Source: Parasitella parasitica NRRL 2501
Taxonomy: Eukaryota > Fungi > Mucoromycota
Reading direction: 5' to 3'
DNA: 64,000 bases
Assembly (NCBI GenBank): GCA_025201805.1
Contig: MU619253.1
Coordinates: forward strand, 64,202-128,201
The notes under the pieces were generated by a model. The model saw only the letters and a program-made list of their open reading frames with translations. It was not told the DNA's origin and did no database searches. Numbering within the stretch: position 1 is the first letter of the stretch; each line of letters opens with the position of its first letter. Positions 40,075 through 55,685 of the stretch are shown piece by piece. Made by a program: the position numbers and the translations under genes.

Positions 40075-40240
40075 TAAAATACGGGCGTGAGCAGAGTCGT
40101 GGTATAAGCGAATCTTTATCAATGGGCCTTATCGCGCTACTCATCCCCACGAGCAAGGAAGGCTCGGTATCTTGTATATCGGCTGGTACATTGGCGCTAG
40201 TTATCAATCGGTTTCTTCCAACTGAATGACGCTAAACCAA
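40075..40240 (-). ncRNA. Candidate structured ncRNA of unknown class
   Basis: Relatively GC-rich intergenic block with three hairpins whose G-U pairs work on the minus strand; TATA-like sequence ~25 nt upstream and a T4 tract at the 3' end. Confidence 0.3.
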
Positions 40241-40441
40241 CTGTACGCACAATCAAATCCATATAAATTGAATGAAAACATTTTCGCTATTCCACGGATA
40301 GTGATAGTCTCATTTTTGAGCCATAATTTCCCCTTTGTATCTGAAACCAAATGTCAAATGAATCAGAAAACAAGACAAAAGACAAATGTTTATCTTTAAA
40401 CGTTTATTATGTATTGTTGTATTGTTCAGATGAAAACATTT

Positions 40442-41007
40442 TTACTCTTCGGAAGCAGCAGCAGCAGGCTTCTTTTCATCACCAGTGGCACGAGTGTAGA
40501 TGACTTGAGAGTGGTGACGAGAGACGGCCTTGATCAAACCTTGAGCTTCGAGCTCACGAATGGCAATACGAGCCAAAGAACCGTTCAACTTGAGACGGTC
40601 AACCAAAACTGATTGGGAGATGAGCTTGTAAGTGGGGACTTCCTTGAACAAACGGTCGTAGGTGGGCTTATCGAGGATAACCATGTTGTTGGACTTGTCC
40701 TTGACCTTCTTGGCAGACCACTTCTTCTTGGCCTTCTTACCTCCAGTGCTTGAGCTGGGCTTACTGGCGACGTCTTTCTTAGCCTATTTAATGCACTGTG
40801 TTAATGTTTTGATTGCATGTCCACAAAAAAAAAAGCGTGCAAGAGTAAATCGATAGTTGATTTCATAGAATGGATGTGTACCAAAAGATGATGTTTATAG
40901 CATTCGTCCATCTATCCATCCATCCATCCATTTCACATCTGCCCTCCTGGTACGCTTTCAATTTGGCACTGTTTTGTAGATTGATATGCTGGTGGAATAC
41001 TTACCAT
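40442..41007 (-). CDS. RPS25: 40S ribosomal protein S25 (eS25)
   Basis: ATG, intron 40784-41004, then AKKD...[40 protein letters not shown]. Confidence 0.97.
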
Positions 41008-41441
41008 TGTAGATTTAGAGAAAGAACAGAGATGGGGCTGCTAATGAAGTAGACCCTTTTGTAAATGATGCGACACTCTCTCCCGCCATCTCAGCCTAGC
41101 TTCCTGGCCCACACTCGGTCAAGCGTCGTTTTCGCTCGGAGCATCCTATGTCCGATGATCCAAACAATTATATCGAAAACCCGGACATGTGAAAAGCAAA
41201 CAAATACAACGTCAAAGCATTTACAGTCAAAACCAGATGAATGCGATAACATCCTTAATAAAGCACGGGACTTGCTGCAACTGTTTACGGAATAATAACA
41301 TGTTGTTCTGGGTGTCGCTTTGGAGGACTCGTGTATTATTAAAAGAGCAGCCGGCATCCATTAAGATGGAAGGAGTCTTAAATGGATTCCTTTTTATAAG
41401 TCTGAGCCAAAAGGTTTTTCTTTGGTAATAACCTACAACAA

Positions 41442-42073
41442 ATGGTAGAGCACTTGTACAAGACTTTGGGGCTTCAGTATGGCGCCACCCTTATAGAAAT
41501 CAAAAAGGTTTTTACAATGGAATTATCATGCTTTTTAATTCACACCTAATCCGAACCATTTGCTTTGCTTGCCATTGTTTTTACAGGCCTATCGTTCTTT
41601 AGTAAAGTGTCAAAAAGCAGATTTATGAATCAAACATGGATGAACTAAAAGTAAAATCATAGGCCAAAGAATACCACCCTGACAAAAACAAAGAAGGTGC
41701 TGAAAAGGTACATTGAAGCCCATCCTATTTAAAGCAAACAGCTGATATTCTCTCGAGTTTAAAGAAATCAGTAATGCGTACAGTATACTATGCGATTCAG
41801 AAAAGCTATCCGAATACAAAAGAAAAAACCCTAGTGGAACATCATCTTCGACTTCATCATATACAGGCCCTAATGCCTCTGGATTCGATTTTCCATATGG
41901 CCCTGGATTCTTTACTCACTTTGATTTTGGACCCAACACACAAACACCACCACCACGACCTCGACATACAGAAAATCAAACATCGCCGCCACCGCCACCA
42001 GAGAGGCCACCACGTAAGTGTGTATTGCTCATTGTGATAGTCGCTATTGATCGACTAAATTATTATTATTGTC

Positions 42074-42104
<31 letters not shown>

Positions 42105-43262
42105 CCTATTTTGATATTCGAGCCAATTGCACACTTGAGCTGGATGATATATACAATGGCACAAAAATCAGCGTAGAATACGAAAAAGAAGTATACTGCA
42201 GTGTGTGCAAAAAGTAAGCAAACGGGTCCATGTCTCGTTTTTATAACTGATGAAAATTGTAGTTATAGGAAGCAGCCAAGCTTAAAACGATTTAGAGTGT
42301 GTGAGCGATGTGATGGATCAGGATTGATCAAAAAATACTTGGACAGCAGAAAAGCGCAAACACCAATCCGATGTGTTTTCTGTAAAGGCCATGGTCAACT
42401 AAAGTACTATATTGATTGTAAAAATTGCAAAGGCGCAAGTATAAAAAAATGCAGTGCGACAATCAAAATACCCAAAGGCATTCATGAGGGTCAAACACTC
42501 GGCGTAAAAGATAGAGGTTACACACGGTCCGACAAGACAAAGGGAAACTTGCGTGTTGAAATCAATGTTCTTGATCACCCAGTGTTCACGCGAGAGGGAG
42601 ACAATCTGCGCATTACGGCCAAGATATCCTTGAAAGAAGCCATCATGGGTTTTGCTGACATGAAACTATGCACTCATTTGGACGGTAGAAAGGTGCTCGT
42701 GTCTCAAATGTGTGGCTATACAATCAGACCAAATTCACAGAGACGACTTCCAGGCGAAGGAATGCCAATATACGGCAGTAAGTCAAATTCTTACGGTGAT
42801 TTGATCATCACGTTCGATGTGGAATGGCAAGATACCATACAAATACCGCCATCTAAAGCTGCCAAAGATGCAATCGACAATATGTTTCAAACGGACGAGC
42901 AGAAAAAGAATAGGGAAAATGTAATTGTCATTGATGACGATGAGGATAGAGAAGACTCACCAGCAAACGACAGACAAGTGAGCAATGACTCACCAACGAC
43001 ACAAAGTCCCTCAATGAAAGGAAATGATTTGGGAGAAATGTCTCAAAAATCCGATGGATTAGGCGACACTTCGGTAGGTGCGACCAGTTTCCATAATATA
43101 CTCAGGTTTTATAAACATTATTGCATATGGTAGGAGGACAGTGATGATGTAGAAAAGAGGTTTGAAGACTTTGAGGAGGCAAGGTCTTCGTTTTTTACAC
43201 ATTCTGATGAGGAGGACATGCCGATGAGTGATGCGGCGTCATTTTTAGATGGTTTATTTTAG
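41442..43262 (+). CDS. Divergent type I DnaJ/Hsp40 co-chaperone
   Basis: J-domain spread over short exons (LYKTLGL...EIKK|AYRSL|AKEYHPDKN...FKEISNAY), G/F/P-rich linker, CxxCxGxG zinc motifs, C-terminal HPVFTREGDNL...GEGMP...GDL. Confidence 0.88.
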
Positions 43263-43503
43263 CAAGATTATCACTTGAATAAAGCTATAAGAACCATCAA
43301 AAATTTAAATATGTAGAATGTACAATATGCCTATTAACCTACCACTACTGATTTCACGACGAGCGAGTGGTGAACGTAGAGGTTTATTCCCCAAGACTCA
43401 AAAGCAATTTTCTCATTGTCATACTAGACCATTACAGTCAAAGAGTTCGTAAATAAGTTTATTTTTTCTCATAAAAAGGAATGGGTAATATTAGGTTGGC
43501 GTT

Positions 43504-44842
43504 TTAAGCTTTGCAAAAATTTGTCTGATTCAATGCACCCTTTGCTGCGTCAACATCATTGCTGTTAATTACTACCAAAATGTTTGCTTGCTGTAAATGT
43601 GAATTTTTTGTTTGATACAGGGTATTCGTCAATTCTTCCTTCCAGCCTTCGGGTTGGATCAATACACAAGTCAATTCTTGAATCAGACCTTGTTCGTATT
43701 TCTGGCTCACTTCCTCTCTCATTTTTTGGAACATTTTTCTCTTTTCTTTTCTCAACTCTGAAGCCAAGTGTTTATCGTCTTTCAATGTTTCCAATTTTTC
43801 ATTCAATTCATTGTTCAAGATTTGCAGTTGCTGAGTCATTTTCTTAAGTAATTCCTTTTTGTTCAAATTTCCTCTGATTTTCGCCGTGAAATTTTGTTTT
43901 ACTATGTCAAACTTTTTGTCAAGTCTTTCATTCAGTTTCTGTTCCAAATCTTTCATGAAGGTCTTTTTCCAATTTTGTTTCAATTGCTCCTTGGATTCTT
44001 CTTCGGACTGCTCTTCGGGCTGCTCTTCGGGCAGTTCTTCGGGCAGTTCTTCGGGCAGTTCTTCAGGCAGTTCTTCAGAACTTTTACAAGTTGATTCTTC
44101 AAGCTTTTGATCCGATTCTTGATTTTGAGTTTCGGTCTTCTCCTTGAGTTCTTCCAATTTTTGTTTCCACAATTCATCTTCTACTTCATCTTTCAATGCA
44201 TCCAAGATTTCATTCCAAACCTCTGATGCATCGTTAATGTCTGAGCCTATTTCTTTCTCAATATCCTCCTGCCCTTGGTTCAACTCCTTCTTCAACTCCT
44301 CGTATATTTCAAGACTGGATTCTTTCAAAATGTGGTCCAATTCTTCCAACTTGTCGTCAAAAACTTCATCCGATTCTTCTAGCCACTTTTCAAAGTCATC
44401 TTCCAATGCCACATATTTTGCGTTGATTTTTTCGAACAATGTGTCCTCCAATATTTTGTCCAGTTTTTCTTCCAAATGTTCTTTAGCGCACTCCAAAACC
44501 ATAGTTTGGAGTGTGTCTATCTTTGATTTACTTTTTCTTGCAGATCTTCTAGACCTTGGAAGGGATATTGCAATCATGTACGCTTTGGCCATACCTAAAT
44601 ACAGAATGCATGTTAGTGTTTGAGTCTGGTAATTACAATAACTAGTGCACTCACCAACACTTGACAGAGCGTACAATCCTTTCTCCGTCGTTTATAGCAT
44701 AACAGCTGCTAGACTCGATAGTTCCAAAGTCTTTTGAGCGTTAGTTGAATCATCTTTTTAACGTGTCTAATACCATAGTAGTCTTACCAATTCCAACAAA
44801 ATACTTGTAATCTTGTCTAGTGGTAGTGTTTGTGTTTTCCAT
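43504..44842 (-). pseudogene. Hsp70-like cassette copy B: internal deletion of the ATPase body, with an open coiled-coil ORF retained
   Basis: Exons 1-2 give VGI|DFGTIESSSCY. After IPS the homology breaks (44558) and the spliced frame stops at 44549-44551. Another frame encodes an E/K/L-rich coiled coil of ~350 aa ending NDVDAAKGAL. Confidence 0.7.
43999..44076 (-). repeat. 12-bp tandem repeat encoding (EELP)4-EEQP-EEQS
   Basis: Direct observation. Confidence 0.9.
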
Positions 44843-46490
44843 GTTGATTGTTTTGATGGAGGAAAAAAAAAAAAAAGAACACACAACAATTGCATGATTC
44901 ATATAGTTTTTTTTCCCTCTACATGTTAACATTCGAGATTCTTTATGTTCTTTTGATGGCAAAGCATGAAACACAAGATGGCTCATTCTGAACTCATGAG
45001 CCGTAAGAAGACGAGTACAGTATGCACCGCCTAAACTGCTGTTTTAAGAATCTGTTACACCTGTTCATTATTTTATTTCTTATATAAGGGAATGCAAAAT
45101 TCCATACATCAGCAGGCTTCTTTATGACAAAAAGAGATCAGCAAAGACGATCCGGCAAGTGCTATTATTATACATATTAGCATGCGCGTATCATCCTGAA
45201 CTGAGGTTCTTTGTCTACACGAAGCTCTATATTAAACAATCCTGAAGAATAGCAATCACAATAAAAGTATCTAAATGAGCGCAGCTCTTATCGTGTTTGT
45301 ATCTCGAGTTGCGATGAGACAATGTGATGACCAGGAGTACAAATGCTTTTTAATTCTTTATTAAATCGAATGCGTTATTAAGGTTCCGTAGATAATGTTA
45401 TTATTTACAATTTACAAATATTCTAAACCGCTCAGCTAACCAAAAAAAAAATAAAGATCGTTATGTGTCTATTTTTGTTCAGCACAAAATAAAGACTTGA
45501 TTTGATGAATGGAAGCAAGTAATCAAATGTTGTTGCAAATGCACGCGGGGTATGAATTGGGATTGAAGAGCCTATCTCATTTTTGTTCGAGATTGCCATT
45601 TCCAGAAAAACAATCTTCTTTAAAGAATATTTACAGACCCAAATGAGTAGTTGACGACCAAAAAGGTAATAGTAATAATGGTAGGGCCAAACGTGCTCTG
45701 TGCACTAGTATAATATAATTGTGAGTTTTATTTATTAAATTGCATCGATATTTTAGAAAAAGCGAGTTTGAAGTTTATTGCAAAAAACTCGAAAAAGTTG
45801 GTCTGTAATCTGCAAATGTACATTACCATCATATAAGGACAATATTCTGGAACAAATGCAATTAATGTATACCTTAGTAAAAAACCTCGTTTTTCGACTG
45901 AAAAATTGACTTTTGTCAAATTGGACTTTTCAGACGAGGTACCATAGGGCCAAAATCGAGTTGAAAAAAAGTTTTTCAGAAAACTGCAAATTTGCATCAG
46001 AATGAGTAAGTGGACTGATAGCAATTGTCTAATATGGTTTTGAGTGAAATAGAAGGTCAAAAATCCGCTTAAAACAGCATTTATTTGCTAAAATAAGCCA
46101 ATTTATAGGCCTGACGACATTTATTTGGTCCTTACAGTGGTTAATTAATCAATCATAGGTATTAAAAATATTACATGTAAAGATGAATATAACGACTTTG
46201 TATATATTCATGATTTTATAATAATGAGAACTTATTTTTTGCTAGCAGGCTTCATTCGAAAGTCTTGTTTCATTCACTGCTTGATACTGTTATATTGAAT
46301 ATGTATCGAATATAAAGTGGCAAGAGAGATGGATGTATGATAACAAAAAATAGAGGTATACTGTACTTTAGTGCCATGCTAACCGAGCTTGATAACGGTT
46401 TTGCCAGTTATGTCATTTTTAGTAGAAAACAGTTCTTTCAACAGTGAGGCTTTAGAGCCACCAAAGAGCCGAAGAAACGAAAGAGCTTTG
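44558..46490 (-). repeat. Dispersed cassette copy B
   Basis: Near-identical to copy A up to 46080 and to copy C up to ~46200; weaker similarity to copy C continues to ~46490. Confidence 0.92.
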
Positions 46491-47241
46491 AATCAAACAA
46501 GCCATATTAATTCCTGGCATTTAGTTAGGGTCTTATTTGGGGGTATCGCTATTAGCGCCGTAATTTGAAGCTATAAATTTAAAAGGATGTGCCGCGATAA
46601 AATAAAAGTACAGCACTTGGTCAATAAAAAGTGAGTATGTTTAGAATTCATCATTGGAAATGCGATCAATTCTACAATTTAAGGTTCAAGCGTTCTGACA
46701 AACAAGTATTGATTTGATTTTTTTGTATTGGCATCAAGTGTCTATTTTACAGGCCAAAAAGCTGTGAGGTCAGCCTCTCACAACATTTCAAGAAGGCTGA
46801 TTGCTATTCTTTTTACACGCTGCTCAAAATAACTTTTGGGTTTCGTGAAGTTAGATGTACATCTCAAAGGTTGGAGATGCTGAAGATCCCAGGTATTCCT
46901 TGTGCAAATTTCTCAAGGGATAGACCCAAGTCGATTACTTTATGCTGTATAACCAGTTGCCATGTAAACGCAAAAAAAAAATAAAATAAAATAAAAAATA
47001 AAAGAAAAAAAAAGTGCCATCATATACCCTGGCTCGATCCTCTCAGTATGCTTCAAAAGCACTGTTTCAGCGGTGGCAGCTCTTTGCAAGTTGAACGACA
47101 ATCAAATGATCTCATTGGCTTGTATGAAAAGGGGATCCTCCCTATCCCAAAACCAGAACCAAAAAAAAAAAAAAAAACTGCTTTGACCCACACACAAACA
47201 ATTTTTTTTTTTTTCTATACATAAAAGAAAAAAAAAAAAAA

Positions 47242-49320
<2,079 letters not shown>

Positions 49321-49522
49321 AAAAATTATCAACAGTAGCAACTCTAGACACAATTCCTATTATATACTCCCTTTCTATACATACATAGCCTATTCAATCT
49401 CATGATTAAATTATTCACAAACAAATCAATACAGAAAAATGACAGATTTTTGATCAAGTACTAAACATACTCTACGAGGGGAGATGGCTGAAATTTTTTA
49501 TTGAGAAATAATAAAAACAAGC

Positions 49523-49846
49523 TTAATCAAAGAGACCGAAGCCCATATCGTCATCGGATTCTTCCTTCTCTTCTTCCTTGGCTTCAGCAGCAGGGGCATC
49601 AGTAGAAGCAGCGGCAGCAGAACCAGAAGCAGCAGCGGCACCACCAGTAGGGACAGAAGACATCTTTTCCTTACCCTCGGCAATGAGCTCTTCGATGTTC
49701 TTTTCAGCGAGAGCAGAAGACAAGGAGGAAAGACGCTCCTCATCAGATTCGATACCGACAGAGCTCAAAAGAGTCTTGATATCGGCAGTGGAAGGGTTGG
49801 CCTTACCACCGGCATTGAGAAGAAGATAAGCAGCGAGATACTTCAT
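49523..49846 (-). CDS. RPP2: 60S acidic ribosomal protein P2
   Basis: [10 protein letters not shown]...[13 protein letters not shown]; 5'-UTR intron 49849-49931. Confidence 0.97.
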   Translation of the reverse strand: MKYLAAYLLLNAGGKANPSTADIKTLLSSVGIESDEERLSSLSSALAEKNIEELIAEGKEKMSSVPTGGAAAASGSAAAASTDAPAAEAKEEEKEESDDDMGFGLFD

Positions 49847-50149
49847 TTCTGCAAAAAAAAACAATTAATCCATCCGTCCCATCCATCGATCCATCCGCCC
49901 ATCCTTTCATGCCCTGGCATGCTCTACTTACTTGATTGATAAACTTGCGTAAGTAACGATTTAACTCCTTTGAGATACGAAACGCTCGGAAGATGCAGAA
50001 AAACGATTTTTGCAACTGGGAGTTTGCTTTTATTCAGCTTCTATGCTGGGACGATGTTTCTTTCTGATGTTGGCCCGAACTTCGAAATAGTGTTCAAAGG
50101 CCGGTGTTAACAGTATTTTAGCCCTTAACTCTTCTGCTCGGTATTCACC

Positions 50150-51748
50150 ATGGACAATTTAACGGATCACCAGAGAGCTATCTTGCAACATTACCAGGTA
50201 AGTAGACTAAAACAACACCCGCATATATTGCATGTGCAGACTAGCAGAGAAATCCAAAAAGAGTAGAACGTATTCTCAAGACAACGCATCATCTATCCGC
50301 ATTCTGCAAGAGAATGATTGGGACGTACAGGTAGGTTGTGGTTGTTCTTGCAGTAATATAAATTCTAATACACGCAGCATAGCTTGCCGAACAAAACTCG
50401 TACCAAAACACAGATCCTCCTTCATCCACTTCAGCATTGTTAGGTCATAGAAACACAGCATCAACAAGAATACCGAATAAACGTCTTCTCTGGATATTCA
50501 TGTGGCCGTTTAGCTTGGCATGGCGTATTATTGGAGGCCTATTTCAATTCACAGGTCGGTATACATTAGATACATTTACATTAAAATTCTTACAAACTCA
50601 TCTTGTTTGGCAGCTCGCTTATTATATCGGCCTTCTATCAGTGCTCCTCGACGAGATGCTCGCACAGAAGCTGACAGATTCCTGCGTGATTTCGAATCAT
50701 CGTATGGAACAACACATCCTGTATTTTTCGGCGAGGGAGGGTATACACAAGCGTTGAGAGCAGCCAAAAAGGAATTAAAATACATGCTAGTGATCTTGTG
50801 CAGCGAAGAACATGACGACAATGACAAATTTTGCAGGTGAGTGCTCGCGGCACCTCTTGTACACCATCTTTGATATTAACAAGGGCCATCAATCCACAAA
50901 GAGACACACTGACAGACATAGATCTTTTGGATTTCCTACATCACCATCAGATCATCACCTGGGGAGGCAACGTGCGATACACCGAAGCATACCAAGTCAG
51001 CAGCACACTGCAAGCGACAACCTACCCGTTTCTAGCCATCATTGCGTTGCAGCAAGCCAATGGAGCCTCTAAAATGTCTGTCATTGACCGTATAGAAGGA
51101 CCTGCCGCCGCTTCGTCCGTCATTCGTCGGTTTGAAAGCGTCGTTGCACGTATTGGGCCATCCTTAGATCGCTTGCGCATGGAGCAAATACAGCGAGAAG
51201 AAGAGCGTCAACTGCGCCAACAGCAAGATCAAGCTTATAAAGACAGCCTGAATGCTGACCAGCGAAAACAAGAGTTATTGGAGAAAAAGAGGAAAGCTGC
51301 CCTGAAGGCTAAACAAGCTCGGGACGAAATGGCTCGCAAACGTAAGCAATACATACAGTACCTTTGCCAACGTACCCTCAAGCAGCCCCTCCCCGCTGCC
51401 ACCGATGCTAAAGTGACAAAAATTAGCTTTCGTTTATCCAACGGCGACCGTGTCATTCGTCAATTCAGTGGAGACGATACGTTGGTATCTTTGTACGAAT
51501 ACATTGAAGCCTACTCTCATATGGATAGCATGGATCATGGCGAAAGCGTTTCGCTGCCCGAGGATTATGTGCATCAATACAGATTTACCATGCACTCGCC
51601 GTTTCCAAAGACTGTATATCTCCCTGATCCAAGCAAAAAGATCATGGACGAAAAGGGCTTATGGCCAAGCGCCACTTTAATTGTTGATACTAATGAAAGT
51701 GACCAAGATCAAGAACAGGACGAGCAAGACATTGACCAAGAAGCATAA
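50150..51748 (+). CDS. UBA-UAS-UBX domain Cdc48 cofactor (FAF2/Ubx2/Ubx3-like)
   Basis: N-terminal UBA-like segment, hydrophobic hairpin, UAS (LQATTYPFLAII), coiled coil, UBX (ISFRLSNGDRVIRQF...SPFPK...GLWPSATL). Confidence 0.9.
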
Positions 51749-51864
51749 GGCTTTANNNNNNNNNNNNNNNNNNNNNNNNNNNNNNNNNNNNNNNNNNNNN
51801 NNNNNAAAAAAAAAAAAAAAAAAGGCAGAAAATGAAATTAATCTATTACATGGGCAGTTAAATA

Positions 51865-54617
51865 TTAGGTAGTGGTAGAAGTGGGTATGGTTTGGTTTCG
51901 CACAATAGCTGGCTGTCCACGTAGACTATTCTTCCTATTCAAGTATAAAATTGCTTCGTCATCTACTAATTCGCCCAAACCGATCAAGTCTGCTAATAAG
52001 CAGCCAGTGCTTGGATCGACGATGGACACATCAGCACCGTTTTGAAACAGGAATTCTGCCATTGAAAATAATCGAGATTTGGCTGCTGTATGCTGACTGC
52101 TTTGGCCACTGCTGTGCGTGCTGCAACCACTACTGCTGGCATCATCAGCGCAGGGAAGATGGATAACGCTAGTGCCGTCTGGACAGTGGGCAGCCGGGCT
52201 GCTACTTGTCTCCCAATCGTCCATGTTACTGCTATCATGTAGAGACGGCGCTAGTAATGCAAAATGCAGAGCATATCTCACAACAAACGCATCTTCTTCT
52301 TTTGGCGGATGTTGCTCAATCTCGAGTGCGCGATCCAAGTACTCATTCCCCTCAACATCGAGCAAAGGAAGCTTGAGTGTAGATGTCTTTCTCTTTTTAA
52401 TGATGGGTATAACATTGCCACTCGGCAGCGGCTCATTGACATTGGCACCTAGTGCGATGGCATAAAGTGCTCTCGGTATATCATTTTGTTCAATAGCGCT
52501 GTGTAGTAGTTTCATTGGATTCAAAGTGGGCACCATGGGCTTGACTAGAGACTTATCGACGTATTTGGTCTGAATGTACTTTAGCTTGGCGTCTCTTGCT
52601 TCTGTTGGAGTGGGCTTACTGATGGCGGCATCATGTAGCTGTGATTCCCATACTGCGTTGGATTTAGCATTCCCAATAGACAGTAGAAGCTGAGCAATAT
52701 CTGGCGTAAAAGATGCGCTGTCCAATGTCAATGATCTCACTTTGGAAATATGAGTGCCCAGACTGCGATGGATACCGGAGCACTCTATACAAAAACGACG
52801 ATTTAGTAGGTACACATCACACAACCCCCCATATGGCTTTTACCTATACAAATTAGTATGCCGAGGTTCAACGAGCACCATTCTGGATTCTTGGTTGAGC
52901 AGTCTGCACAGATAGTATTGGATAAGTCTTGCCTCAATTGCAGCAGTAGGCCTGTATTCGGTGTTGCAGCATCATGCGGATCTTTGGACGAAGAAGGGAG
53001 TGGAGGCGATATAACCAGCTTTTTGTCGCCATGGTGATAAAGATGGTGTTGGCTATGCCTCTTTTTCAAATACTTGTCTTTTGCAGCTGCTAAACCACTC
53101 AGGGCGCCGCTCAGGGATCTTGCTTGTTTCCATGTATTTGACTTTTTCAGGGTGCTTTCGTACCTTAAATCCGTCGAACTGCTCATGCCGTTTAGTAAGC
53201 TGCAGATTGCATTATTAACTGTAGCAATCCAGCTTGATAGTTCCTCGCTTGAGGTTGCCTGGTACATTCTGCGAAAATTAGGAGTGATGATTTCAAAGCA
53301 GAACCGGCGATCGGCATTGCGTGCTTCTCTGACTGTGGCAAACCGCAAGTTAATAGGGTCAATGTGCGTCTCTAGGTGCTTTTTCCAATTGCTGTATTCG
53401 TGAAGATGTCCGTTGCTCAGCACACACCAGTACTTGTGCCAGTTGGTGGCAGAAGACATGTCGAATGAGGGTGTGCTGCTGTTTTTTATAGGCTTGGAAG
53501 GTGCAAATAAGAACCCCTCCTTTTTACGCCCACTGCTATGAATAAAGTGCTGATCCTGCTGTTCTAAATCGCGAATTCCCTTGAATTTGCTCTCTGCTAC
53601 ACCCGATACCTGAATACCTAATCCGATAGAGGGTTCGTGGCTGGTAGATGCCATATCGATATTTGTTGGAGAGGTAGGTGTCTCTAATGATTCACGATTT
53701 GTTGGCGAACTCGGCGCCATGGATGCAGGTGACAGCATGGCGTACAGCGATTTTCTCCTGCTCTTTTCATCGTCTGCGAGATTTGGAGTTGTGTATTTCT
53801 CTACCAGTATTTTTCTCTTTTCGTGTCTTTCTTTGTGCACGACTTTTTGCTCACGGGAAGCCTCGGCAATGATTGTTGCCAGGTGGTCCAGTCCTTGTTT
53901 GTAGGGCTCTAATGTCTTTTGGACGTCTTGGTAGTAGGCATACTGCTTTTCATAGTGATTCAGCAAATGATACATAATCTCTTGCTCTTTTTTTCCACCG
54001 TGGAGATCCCTCAAGAAGGAATAATAGTCGAATCGAACCAAATCAAACTCGCTCTTTTTGCCCATAAATTCAGACTCTGCTTTCTGCTTGATCTTTGTGT
54101 TTCCGGGTGCCTTTATGCTAAGATATCTCGACAAGTTGGAGTAGTATTCCTTGCTGACATCTTCGAACTGTCTTCTCTTTGTATCGACAGTTTTGATATC
54201 CATATCATACAGCTTTTGCAGCGGATTTATGAGGAGGTTTTGCATACAAAAGGACAATCTTTCTTGCTGTTCGTGAAGCTTGGACCAAGTAGAGTCTAGA
54301 TAATGCGTGAATAACGGCTCTGTGAAAGGAGCTTCCTTTAACGATTCGATAAACAGTTTGTCCTGCTCCAGCAAGTTGTTTTTGGCTTCTGATGCTGCGC
54401 TAGCTGATTTGAGAATACGTTTTAAATAAGCTTTCAGTACCCTCGTTCGGCCTTCGTATTCTTTTATAGTCGCTCGAAATAAAGGTCCATCTTCAAGATC
54501 AACTTCTGCACCGCCTCCTCCTCCTGCTGCTGGCTGACGCGGTCGGTTGCTCTCGGAACTTTTCGATTCTGAAACCTCTTGATCAAACGATGAAACGGTG
54601 ATTGGCTGTTCAGTCAT
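51865..54617 (-). CDS. BAR-PH-ArfGAP-ankyrin protein (ACAP/centaurin-beta-like)
   Basis: DGPLFRATI (BAR), KEGFL...DRRFCFEII (PH), CADC..NPEWCSLNLGILICI|ECSGIHRSLGTHISKVRSL (ArfGAP), ankyrin-like FLFQNGADV. Confidence 0.93.
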
Positions 54618-54803
54618 TTTGTCTCCAAGAGAAAGAAGAAGAAATGAAAGAGAGAGAGAGAGAGGGACAAAAAAAGAAGCCGTTTGATTTTTAGTATGTT
54701 GGTTTTTCATGGTTTTCATATAGACTCCGGTTCATTGATTCATAGCGTAAATTAAGGCTCTAAAAACTGCTTTGTCCCACGTTTTTTCTTTCTCTCTCTT
54801 GTC

Positions 54804-55685
54804 ATGTCCAAAGTTATTATTATCACAGGTGCCAGTAAAGGTATTGGCAAAGCTGCTACTTTGCAAGCAATTGGAAAATACAATGCCAAAGTCGTTGCCA
54901 TTGCAAGAAGCAAAGATTTACTGGACCAGCTTGCCAAGCAAGTTGACAAGAAAGATCATTTGGAATATGTTGCTGGGGATGTATGCGATGAAAAAGTAGT
55001 CTATAAAGCTGTCAACATTGCTATTGACAAGTGGGGCCGCCTTGATTCTGTGATTGCCAATGCAGGGTAAGTTTTACCAATGTTATTGTTATGATAGCAA
55101 TTGGGTGACATAACCAGCTTGTAGTGTCATTGAGCCAATTGCTCCTGTTGCTGAAGGCCCTGTTGAAGGCTGGAAGAGACTATTTGATGTCAATGTATTC
55201 TCCATCATTACGCTTGTGCAAGCTGCTTTGCCCTCTCTCCGCAAGTCCAAGGGCTCCATTGTTATTGTGTCTTCTGGCGCTGCTCTCAAAGGATATAAAG
55301 GATGGGGTGCTTATGGCGCGTAAGTGGAACTGTTCTTGTAGTGAAATGACCTGTCAATTGAACTTGATAATGTGCGCATAGATCAAAAGCTACAGTCAAT
55401 CATATTGCAAAGACATTAGCAGTAGAAGAACCAGATGTCACTACTATTGCTCTTCGTCCAGGTGTTGTTGATACTGAAATGCAAGGTTTCATTCGTAGCC
55501 AGGGTGAGCAAGGAATGAAGGAAGATCATGCCAAGTTTACAGAGCTCCATCGCGATGGGAAGTTGGTCCAGCCAGAAGATCCAGGCCATGTTTTGGTCGC
55601 TTTGGCTAATAATCCACCAAAGAAGCTATCTGGTAACATGTACAGTTGGAATGATGAAGAAATGAAGCCTTTCAATCGCTCTTAG
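54804..55685 (+). CDS. Short-chain dehydrogenase/reductase (Irc24/Nre1 benzil-reductase-like)
   Basis: TGASKGIG, ANAG, VSSGAA, catalytic YGA|SK across an intron, RPGVVDTEMQ. Confidence 0.92.

Noticed and set aside
40083-40150. tRNA-like or RNase MRP-like reading of the GC-rich block
   Set aside because: No T-loop GTTCRA, no CR-I partner sequence, and too little space.
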